Source of the DNA: Bacteroidales bacterium
GTDB taxonomy: Bacteria; Bacteroidota; Bacteroidia; Bacteroidales; DTGW01
DNA: 62,024 bases
NCBI GenBank assembly: GCA_026416115.1
Contig: JAOAFU010000206.1
Location: 1-62,024, forward strand
Reading direction: 5' to 3'
The translations under genes were made by a program, and so were the position numbers. Positions 54,906 through 62,024 of this stretch are shown piece after piece. Under the pieces are notes generated by a model. That model worked only from the letters and a program-made list of their open reading frames with translations, searched no databases and was not told where the DNA came from. The stretch's first letter is position 1; every line of letters starts with the position of its first letter.

Positions 54906-55298
54906 TTATCTATGAGCATATTTAGCTGCAATACTCAGGACCTTTTCGGGGTCTAAAGGTTTTAATAAATATTCCATACAACCAATTTCTTTACTTTTAT
55001 TCATATACGACTCTAAAGCATAGGCGGTTTGAATTACAATAGGGATATTGGGATAAAGTTGTCGAATTGCTGCAGAGGCCTGAAGTCCACTCATATCTGG
55101 TAATTGTATATCCATGAAAATAAGATATACATGAGGTTTCTTTTTGAGTTGGGAAATTGCTTCGGCAGAATTTTCTGCATGAATAATTTCAACGTTTGTT
55201 TCGTTAAGAATTTCTTTAATAAGTTGAAAGCAAACGTAATCGTCTTCAACCACTAAAATAGTTTTCCCCGATAGGTCAATAGATTTAGAGGTGTTCAT
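54906..55298 (-). CDS. Stand-alone CheY-like receiver protein
   Basis: The motifs are ILVVEDD, LIFMDIQLPDMSG and LLKP. The protein is 130 aa with no output domain. Confidence 0.9.
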   Translation of the reverse strand: MNTSKSIDLSGKTILVVEDDYVCFQLIKEILNETNVEIIHAENSAEAISQLKKKPHVYLIFMDIQLPDMSGLQASAAIRQLYPNIPIVIQTAYALESYMNKSKEIGCMEYLLKPLDPEKVLSIAAKYAHR

Positions 55299-55308
55299 GG
55301 GATAAGGT

Positions 55309-56034
55309 TTATTCGTTTAAGAATTTTGCGAGGTCGTCGAGGTGAATACGCCCTTCGTATATTGCTTTTCCTATGATAATGCCATAGATGCCCGATTTGT
55401 CAAGTTCTTCAATTTCGTGTAGGAAGGTAATACCACCGCTTGCAATAATGTTAACGCTCGGAAAGTCGTGATGAAGCCTACGGTATATTTCAATCGACGT
55501 GCCCTGTAACATTCCATCTTTACTAATGTCGGTACAAAGCACATATTGTATCCCTTTACTTTCGTATTCGGCAATAAAATCGTCGAGTGGAATATCAGTT
55601 ACATTTTGCCATCCTCCAATAGCAATTTTCTCGTCGAGGAAGTCAGCAGCTAAAATAAATTTCTCGGCACCGTGTTCTTCTATCCAGTGAGCGAAGAGTT
55701 CTTTGTTTTGAACGGCTACGCTTCCAATAGTTGCCTGTTGGGCACCAGCATCGAACACCTTTTGCAGATCTTCGTCAGATTTGATACCGCCTCCAAAATC
55801 AATTATCAGGTCTGTTTTCGATGCTATTTTTTCGAGAATGCGGATGTTAACTACATGCTTTGCTTTTGCCCCATCAAGGTCGACTAAATGTATCCGTTTG
55901 AAACCATAGTCCTCAAACTCCTTAGCAACTTCGACAGGATCGTCGTTATAAACTTTTTTTTGAGCATAATCGCCTTGAGAGAGTCTAACACATTTTCCTT
56001 CAATAATGTCGATAGCGGGTATAATAGTAATCAT
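55309..56034 (-). CDS. hisA: ProFAR isomerase HisA
   Basis: The motifs are IIPAIDIIEGKCVRL, LHLVDLDGA and GGGI. The C-terminal phosphate-binding motif is ASGGI...GIIIGKAIYEG. Confidence 0.92.
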   Translation of the reverse strand: MITIIPAIDIIEGKCVRLSQGDYAQKKVYNDDPVEVAKEFEDYGFKRIHLVDLDGAKAKHVVNIRILEKIASKTDLIIDFGGGIKSDEDLQKVFDAGAQQATIGSVAVQNKELFAHWIEEHGAEKFILAADFLDEKIAIGGWQNVTDIPLDDFIAEYESKGIQYVLCTDISKDGMLQGTSIEIYRRLHHDFPSVNIIASGGITFLHEIEELDKSGIYGIIIGKAIYEGRIHLDDLAKFLNE

Positions 56035-56088
56035 TTTCCTAAACCTTATGTCTTTGACAAAATTGTTTCAAATATACTAAAGATTTTT

Positions 56089-56673
56089 TCAGGTATTTTT
56101 TAAAAAATTTTCAAGGATAATCTCACCAATATTTCCACTTTTTTCTGGGTGAAACTGGGTAGCATAGAAGTTCTTGTAACGCATTGCCGCACTGAAAGGC
56201 TGAATGTATTCAGTTGTGGCAATAGTGTATTCGCATACCTCAACGAAATAACTGTGAACAAAATAAACAAACTGATTTTCAAGCTCGGGTGTAAATAAGG
56301 GGCTCTTGACATTATATAGAGCATTCCATCCCATGTGGGGCACCTTAAGCTTTGGCTCAAATTTTTTTACATGTTGAGGGAAAACTCCTATACAAGGTGT
56401 TTTATCTTCCTCAGAAAAACTGCATAGCAATTGCTGCCCAAGACAAATTCCAAGAACAGGTTGAGTAAGACTTTTTATTAATTTGTCGAGTTTTCTTTCT
56501 CGCAGATATTGCATGGTTATACCAGCCGAACCTACGCCAGGAAAGATGACCTTATCGGCTGCAGTAATTCGTGAAGGTTCATCGGTTATTTCGCACTCAA
56601 CGCCTAAACGTTGTAGTGCAAATGCAACCGAGCGAATATTTCCAGCATTATATTTAATAATAGCTACCTTCAT
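56089..56673 (-). CDS. hisH: Imidazole glycerol phosphate synthase, glutamine amidotransferase subunit HisH
   Basis: The N-terminus is MKVAIIKYNAGN. The nucleophile elbow is GICLGQQLL. The catalytic His-Glu pair is in QFHPEKS. I preferred the ATG at 56673 over the TTG at 56694. Confidence 0.92.
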   Translation of the reverse strand: MKVAIIKYNAGNIRSVAFALQRLGVECEITDEPSRITAADKVIFPGVGSAGITMQYLRERKLDKLIKSLTQPVLGICLGQQLLCSFSEEDKTPCIGVFPQHVKKFEPKLKVPHMGWNALYNVKSPLFTPELENQFVYFVHSYFVEVCEYTIATTEYIQPFSAAMRYKNFYATQFHPEKSGNIGEIILENFLKNT

Positions 56674-56686
56674 AGTCGATAAATTA

Positions 56687-57550
56687 TCAATCAAATACTA
56701 CAGTTTTATTGTTGTATACCAAAATACGATGTTGTAGGTGGTATTTAACAGCTCGCGAAAGTACAATTTTTTCTAAATCTTTGCCTTTCTGAATAAAATC
56801 TTCGATGCAGTCTTCGTGGGTTACACGAATAACATCCTGCTCGATGATGGGACCTTCGTCGAGCTCGGTTGTAACGTAGTGACTAGTGGCTCCAATAATT
56901 TTTACTCCTCTGCGAAAAGCAGAGTGATAGGGTCGGGCACCAGGGAAAGCTGGTAAAAAGCTATGATGTATATTGATAATTCGATTGGGGTATGAATTGA
57001 CAAATTTTTCAGATAATATTTGCATGTAACGAGCCAGAATAATAAGGTGTACATTATGATCGGATAATAGCTGCATTTCTTTTTCTTCTTGTGTCAGCTT
57101 ATTTTCGGCAGTAATGGGAAAATAATAAAATGGCACTTGAAAAGCTTGGCAGTCTTTTTCCAGTTCTCTATGGTTACTAATTATAATGGGTGTTTCGATA
57201 TTAAGCTCGTTGGATTTATATCTTGCCAACAGATCGTATAGGCAGTGCGATAGTTTTGACACAAAAATGGCTACTTTATGCCGATAGTTGCTGTAAAATA
57301 TATCCCATGAGATGTTCTGGTATTGAGTGACAATATGTTTGCTAAAATATTCTTTTAATTGTTCGGAGGGGATTGAGAAGTTGGTAAGATCCCACTCGAG
57401 TCGCATGCAAAAGATATTTTCCTCTCGGTCGACATGCTGACGTAATTCAATAATATTGCCCTTGTGCTGGCTAAGGAAATTGGTTATATGGGCAATTATA
57501 CCAGGCTTATCGGTACAGGTCATTAAAAGTATTGCACTTGAAGGCGTCAT
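56687..57550 (-). CDS. purU: Formyltetrahydrofolate deformylase PurU
   Basis: The N-terminal ACT domain reads LLMTCTDKPGIIAHITNFL. The formyl-transferase core has IISNH, IINIHHSFLPAFPG and HYVTTELDEGPII. Confidence 0.9.
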   Translation of the reverse strand: MTPSSAILLMTCTDKPGIIAHITNFLSQHKGNIIELRQHVDREENIFCMRLEWDLTNFSIPSEQLKEYFSKHIVTQYQNISWDIFYSNYRHKVAIFVSKLSHCLYDLLARYKSNELNIETPIIISNHRELEKDCQAFQVPFYYFPITAENKLTQEEKEMQLLSDHNVHLIILARYMQILSEKFVNSYPNRIINIHHSFLPAFPGARPYHSAFRRGVKIIGATSHYVTTELDEGPIIEQDVIRVTHEDCIEDFIQKGKDLEKIVLSRAVKYHLQHRILVYNNKTVVFD

Positions 57551-57562
57551 GCTCTTAATAGT

Positions 57563-58690
57563 TTATAGTTTACCTTTTGTCGAAGGTATCTCTGTATTAA
57601 AAGGATCGCGGTGGATAGCCATTCGAATTGCACGAGCAAAAGCTTTGAAGATCGATTCAATTTTATGGTGCTCGTTTTCACCTTCGGCCTTAATGTTTAG
57701 GTTACATAGTGCCGTATCGGAAAAGGATTTAAAGAAATGGTAAAACATTTCGGTAGGAACATCGCCAATTCTCTCGCGCTTGAAAGTTACATCCCAAACC
57801 AGCCATGGTCTTCCCCCAAAGTCTATAGCCACCTGCGCTAAACAGTCGTCCATGGGAAGGCAAAACCCATAACGTTGCATACCTGCTTTATTTCCTATTG
57901 CTTTGGCAAATGCTTCGCCCAGGGCAAGGGCTGTATCCTCAATTGTATGGTGTTCGTCGACTTCGAGATCGCCTGTAGTTTCAACTTGAAGATCTATCCC
58001 TGCATGACGACCAATTTGGGCTATCATATGGTCGAGAAATTTGAGTCCTGTAGATACATCGACAAAGCCTCGACCATCGAGGTTAATTTTAACCATTACC
58101 TCTGTTTCGTGTGTTTTTCGGTGAACTGTAATTATTCGATGCGGAAGGGCAATGTGTGCATATATAGCTTCCCAGTCGTTAGTAATTAAGGAACATATGT
58201 TGGATAAACCTTTTTGTTCGAGTAGTTCCCACATGTCGTCTTCGCCAATAAGAATGCCTTTACAACCAAGATTTTTTGCAAGCTCGATATCGCTTATACG
58301 GTCACCAATAACGTAGCTTTCTTTTAAATCATAATGTCCCGCAAGGTATTTACCAAGCATAGCCGTACCAGGTTTCCGTGTTGGCTTATTATCTTCGGGT
58401 CTTGATCGGTCGATATATATTGCATCGAACCAGATGTCTTCGTTGCGAAGTATGGTGAGTAATTTATCTTGTACTTGGTTGAAATTGTCTTCAGGGTAAC
58501 TCGGTGTCCCCAAACCATCCTGATTACTTACCATTACCATTTCAAAATCCAGATTGTGGCGTATTTGGTAAAGCATTCGAATTACATGAGGTAAAAATTC
58601 GAGTTGTTCGAGCGTATCTACCTGTTGAGTATCGGGTGGCTCGACTATAATGGTTCCGTCGCGATCGATAAAGAGGACTTTTTTTCTCAT
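57563..58690 (-). CDS. hisB: Bifunctional histidinol-phosphatase / imidazoleglycerol-phosphate dehydratase HisB
   Basis: The HAD-like N-domain has LFIDRDGT. The IGPD C-domain has [14 protein letters not shown] and [16 protein letters not shown]. Confidence 0.93.
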   Translation of the reverse strand: MRKKVLFIDRDGTIIVEPPDTQQVDTLEQLEFLPHVIRMLYQIRHNLDFEMVMVSNQDGLGTPSYPEDNFNQVQDKLLTILRNEDIWFDAIYIDRSRPEDNKPTRKPGTAMLGKYLAGHYDLKESYVIGDRISDIELAKNLGCKGILIGEDDMWELLEQKGLSNICSLITNDWEAIYAHIALPHRIITVHRKTHETEVMVKINLDGRGFVDVSTGLKFLDHMIAQIGRHAGIDLQVETTGDLEVDEHHTIEDTALALGEAFAKAIGNKAGMQRYGFCLPMDDCLAQVAIDFGGRPWLVWDVTFKRERIGDVPTEMFYHFFKSFSDTALCNLNIKAEGENEHHKIESIFKAFARAIRMAIHRDPFNTEIPSTKGKL

Positions 58691-58719
58691 GAGTATGAAT
58701 TTCCAATATTTATGTTTAG

Positions 58720-59769
58720 CTAACTATCTATCTTGATTTTCATTTTTTTTAATGCTGATAGGAGCTGTAAATTTTCCTCCTTTGTCCCAACCGTAATCCT
58801 TAGGCAGTTGTTACAAAGATGAACGTTTGATCGGTTGCGTACGATAATTTTTTGTTCGACCAGAAACTGATATACAACATTCGCATCCTGAACCTTGACA
58901 AGAACAAAATTTGCATCGGTTGGGTATATTCTCTGAACTAAGGGTAAGGTTTGCAATTGTTCAATCAATTCTTGCCTATTTTGTAATATCGTTCTTACCC
59001 AGCTGTTTTTTTTCTCAGTGTCTTCTATAGCTTTCAGGATATGCTGTTGGGTTAGCAGGTTAATATTATAAGGATATTTTACTTTATTGAGTAAATGGAT
59101 AATATCTTTTTGGGCAAATGCCATACCTAACCTGATGGCAGCCAGCCCCCATGCTTTTGAAAAAGTTTGCAGTACGACGAGGTTAGGATAGGTATCTAAC
59201 TCGTGCAAAAAGCTTTTGTGAGCAGAAAAGTCGATATAGGCTTCGTCAAGAACAACGATACCCTCGAACTGTTGAAGGATCTTTCTTATTTCATGTTCGT
59301 CGAGGTAGTTGGCTGTCGGGTTATTGGGTGAACATAGAAAAATAATTTTGGTTGAGGCATTGCAGTTATTTAAAATATTTTGGGCATCTAATTCAAAATT
59401 TTCATTTAAAGAAACTGGAATATATTCGACGTTGTTTATTTGAGCTGCAACCTTATACATTCCATAGGTAGGGTCAATAGCAACTACATTATCTTTTGTT
59501 GGTTCGCAGAATATGCGTATAATCAAATCGATAGGTTCGTCGCTACCATTGCCCAAAAATATTTGATCGACGGGGATGTTTTTAAGAACCGATATTTTTT
59601 CTTTAACTTTAAGCTGAAGCGGATCGGGGTAGCGATTGTAAGGAGAGTTAAAAGGACTTTCGTTTGCATCGAGAAAAACTTCGGCTTCTCCTTTAAATTC
59701 GTCGCGTGCACTTGAGTATGGGGTAAGTGACAATATATTTTTTCGTACGAGTTTATCCAAGCTTATCAT
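58720..59769 (-). CDS. hisC: Histidinol-phosphate aminotransferase HisC
   Basis: The motifs are [17 protein letters not shown] and the PLP lysine in [15 protein letters not shown] chose the ATG at 59769, which overlaps the hisD 3' end by 17 nt. Upstream ATGs at 59790 and 59826 would add an atypical extension. Confidence 0.9.
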   Translation of the reverse strand: MISLDKLVRKNILSLTPYSSARDEFKGEAEVFLDANESPFNSPYNRYPDPLQLKVKEKISVLKNIPVDQIFLGNGSDEPIDLIIRIFCEPTKDNVVAIDPTYGMYKVAAQINNVEYIPVSLNENFELDAQNILNNCNASTKIIFLCSPNNPTANYLDEHEIRKILQQFEGIVVLDEAYIDFSAHKSFLHELDTYPNLVVLQTFSKAWGLAAIRLGMAFAQKDIIHLLNKVKYPYNINLLTQQHILKAIEDTEKKNSWVRTILQNRQELIEQLQTLPLVQRIYPTDANFVLVKVQDANVVYQFLVEQKIIVRNRSNVHLCNNCLRITVGTKEENLQLLSALKKMKIKIDS

Positions 59770-61063
59770 GGCAGTATTTATTAACAACATATTTAAGACG
59801 TAGCGATACGGAATTTTTATGGGCATAAAGTTGTTCCTCTTCTGCCATTTGTTCTATTGTAGAACCAAGGTTAAAAATTCCATAATCGGTTATATGTTGA
59901 AACGTGATTTTTTTGACAAAACTATCAAGATTTACACCGCTGTATATTTTAGCAAAACCGTGGGTAGGAAGGGTGTGGTTGGTTCCCGATGCGTAATCGC
60001 CTGCACTTTCGGGAGTAAGGTTTCCGATAAATACAGATCCTGCATTCACCACGCGGTCGGCTAGCTCCATAGCATTATGAGTAGCTATAATGAGGTGCTC
60101 TGGGGCGTATTCGTTTATGAGTTCAACAATTTCATTTTCGTTTTTCAGAACTATTATTTTACTGTGCTCTAGTGCTTTAGATGCAATTTCTTTTCGAGGA
60201 AGAGCTTCAAGCTGTTTTTGAAGTTCGGCTTCAATGGCTGGTATAATATTTTCGTTGGAAGTAACGAGCAGAACTTGACTATCGGGACCATGTTCGGCCT
60301 GTGCAAGGAGGTCTGAAGCTACAAAGGAAGGTATAGCAGAATCGTCGGCTACTACAAGTACTTCAGATGGGCCTGCAGGCATGTCGATAGCAACACCATA
60401 TTGAAGTACTTTTTGTTTTGCAACTGTAACGTATGGATTACCTGGGCCAAATATTTTGTAGACCTTAGGTATACTTTCGGTTCCAAAAGCCATAGCTGCA
60501 ATAGCTTGAGCCCCTCCTACCTTAAATATATTTTGTATTCCAATGTATTGGGCAGTATACAAAATAGCAGGATGAACTTTACCCTCTTTGTTAGGTGGGG
60601 TACAAAGTACTATTTCTTTGCATCCAGCAATTACAGCAGGTACCCCTAGCATAAGAACTGTCGAAAAAAGTGGGGCAGAACCTCCAGGAATGTATAAACC
60701 AACACTTTCGATAGCCACGCTTTTTTGCCAGCATTTAACTCCCGGCGTTGTTTCAACAACCTTTGGTTGATTTTTCTGATAATTATGAAACTTCTCGATA
60801 TTGCTCTTCGCTTGGGTAATGGCTTTTTTTAGCTGATTGTCAATATTTTGACGTGCTTCCTCAAACTCTTCGAGGCTTACTTTTAATGAATTGAGTTCAA
60901 CTCCGTCGATACTTCGGGTTAAATTAACCAAAGCCGAATCGCCCGATTGTTGGACTTGTTCAAATATACTCTCGACAGTTTTTTCGATACCAGCATAGTC
61001 AAGTTCAGGTCTTTTGAGCAATTGAGCCCATTCTTGTTTGCCAGGATAAAGTACTTTATTCAT
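59753..61063 (-). CDS. hisD: Histidinol dehydrogenase HisD
   Basis: The motifs are GLYIPGG, AGPSEVLVVAD, AQAEHGPDSQ and GDYASGTNHTLPT. I preferred the ATG at 61063 over the TTG at 61081. Confidence 0.93.
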   Translation of the reverse strand: MNKVLYPGKQEWAQLLKRPELDYAGIEKTVESIFEQVQQSGDSALVNLTRSIDGVELNSLKVSLEEFEEARQNIDNQLKKAITQAKSNIEKFHNYQKNQPKVVETTPGVKCWQKSVAIESVGLYIPGGSAPLFSTVLMLGVPAVIAGCKEIVLCTPPNKEGKVHPAILYTAQYIGIQNIFKVGGAQAIAAMAFGTESIPKVYKIFGPGNPYVTVAKQKVLQYGVAIDMPAGPSEVLVVADDSAIPSFVASDLLAQAEHGPDSQVLLVTSNENIIPAIEAELQKQLEALPRKEIASKALEHSKIIVLKNENEIVELINEYAPEHLIIATHNAMELADRVVNAGSVFIGNLTPESAGDYASGTNHTLPTHGFAKIYSGVNLDSFVKKITFQHITDYGIFNLGSTIEQMAEEEQLYAHKNSVSLRLKYVVNKYCHDKLG

Positions 61064-61084
61064 TCCTGAATTTATTTTCAATAT

Positions 61085-61942
61085 TTATACAATCATTTTT
61101 TCGATAGGAATAACTAAAATTCCTTGTGCACCCTTTTCTTTTAATTTACCTATAATTTGCCAAAAGTCTTTCTCGGGTACAACCGAGTGAAGAGAGCTCC
61201 ATCCTTCTTTGGCTAAAGGAACAATAGATGGACTTTTCATTCCAGGAATTAATTCAATTATTTCCTGTATTTTTTCATTTGGGGCATTGAGTAGAATGTA
61301 TTTATGTTTTTTGGCCTTTTGGACACTTCTGATTCTAAAGATGAGTTCATCGAGAATTTTTTGTTTTTCGATACTAAGCTTTGGTTGAGCAATTAATACA
61401 GCCTCGGAACGCATTACTACTTCCACCTCTTTCAAATTATTACTGAAAAGTGTACTTCCCGAGCTGACAATATCAAAAATTGCATCGGCCAATCCAATGC
61501 CAGGGGCAATCTCGACTGATCCGCTAATTTCATGTATCTCGGCATTGATATTATTTTCCTTAAGAAATTTAGTTAGGATATGAGGATAGCTCGTTGCGAT
61601 TCTCTTATTGTTAAAATATTGTAGGTTGGTATATTCGACAGTTTTAGGAACAGCTAACGAAAGCCGGCAGCGCGAAAAGCCAAGACGTTCGGCAATATGA
61701 ACCGGTTTGTCTTTTTCAACATAAACATTTTCGCCTACTATACCTACATCGGTTACCCCATCGGCTACATATTGTGGAATATCATCGTCGCGCAGATACA
61801 AAACCTCAACCGGAAAGTCGGGTGAACTTACCAGTAATCTGCCTTGTCCACCATCAAGACTTACACCGCATTCTTCAAGCAGTTCGATCGATTTTTCGCT
61901 CAATCGCCCCGACTTCTGCAGGGCTACTCTTAATTTTTCCAT
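61085..61942 (-). CDS. hisG: ATP phosphoribosyltransferase HisG (long form with a C-terminal regulatory domain)
   Basis: The motifs are LRVALQKSGRL, DVGIVGEN and DIVSSGSTL. The C-terminal HisG_C-like segment has PSIVPL. Confidence 0.93.
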   Translation of the reverse strand: MEKLRVALQKSGRLSEKSIELLEECGVSLDGGQGRLLVSSPDFPVEVLYLRDDDIPQYVADGVTDVGIVGENVYVEKDKPVHIAERLGFSRCRLSLAVPKTVEYTNLQYFNNKRIATSYPHILTKFLKENNINAEIHEISGSVEIAPGIGLADAIFDIVSSGSTLFSNNLKEVEVVMRSEAVLIAQPKLSIEKQKILDELIFRIRSVQKAKKHKYILLNAPNEKIQEIIELIPGMKSPSIVPLAKEGWSSLHSVVPEKDFWQIIGKLKEKGAQGILVIPIEKMIV

Positions 61943-61971
61943 TTCGTTATTTTTTATCTCAGTTGTTTTTT

Positions 61972-61979
61972 CAAAACTA
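61972..61979 (-). promoter_or_regulatory. Candidate -7 promoter box for the his operon
   Basis: The minus strand reads TAGTTTTG (TAnnTTTG), 29 nt upstream of the hisG ATG. It overlaps the U-tail of the upstream terminator. Confidence 0.4.
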
Positions 61980-62010
61980 AAAAAGGTTTGCAGAATTTTG
62001 CAAACCTTTT
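61975..62010 (-). terminator. Rho-independent terminator of the gene upstream of hisG (gene lies outside the window)
   Basis: AAAAGGTTTGCA (61981-92) pairs with TGCAAACCTTTT (61999-62010) with a 6-nt loop. On the minus strand the stem is followed by TTAGTTTTG. Confidence 0.6.
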
Positions 62011-62024
62011 GATATAACTCAGGT

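Noticed and set aside
1-62024. I searched by eye for rRNA, tRNA, tmRNA, RNase P, SRP RNA, CRISPR arrays, prophage or integrase genes and defence-system hallmarks.
   Set aside because: No intergenic segment shows tRNA-like cloverleaf arms, regularly spaced direct repeats or recognisable conserved RNA cores. No integrase, restriction, Cas, toxin-nuclease or reverse-transcriptase motifs appear in any ORF. This is a visual inspection only; Infernal, tRNAscan or a CRISPR finder would be decisive.

Overview
This is a 62-kb, AT-rich, very gene-dense chromosomal segment. Its gene content points to a Bacteroidota genome: a SusD tail plus GH13/GH97/GH5 enzymes, HmuY with a TonB-dependent receptor, LytS/LytTR, a beta-propeller hybrid kinase, acpP-fabF-rnc and dxr-rseP. 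Several TAnnTTTG -7 promoter boxes support the same assignment. I call 57 protein-coding genes, one of them truncated by the window edge. I also call a handful of rho-independent terminators, promoter boxes and one candidate operator. I recognised no rRNA, tRNA, CRISPR array, prophage or intact insertion sequence. Most of the window is housekeeping: isoprenoid, fatty-acid and histidine biosynthesis, envelope maintenance and an alpha-glucan utilisation locus tail. Six things deserve a second look. (1) At 45974-48645, a secreted protein with an extreme Tyr/Gly/Trp block and a basic Ser/Thr/Arg-rich tail is paired with a FadL-like outer-membrane barrel. (2) At 11832-15204, a TPR-PP2C-receiver phosphatase sits with a DUF1987/SiaC-like protein and a divergent STAS-like protein, but with no kinase or output enzyme. 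(3) At 49582-50471, about 0.9 kb of non-coding DNA lies between corA and a NikR operon and carries a 65-nt cluster of mutually exclusive helices. (4) At 50472-52014 there is a small-protein/NikR/FemAB-like acyltransferase operon. (5) At 15922-19288 there is an uncharacterised envelope gene trio. (6) A his operon is interrupted by purU, lacks hisF and hisIE, and runs into unrelated genes. All functional calls come from motif and architecture recognition by eye. No database search or folding computation was run.
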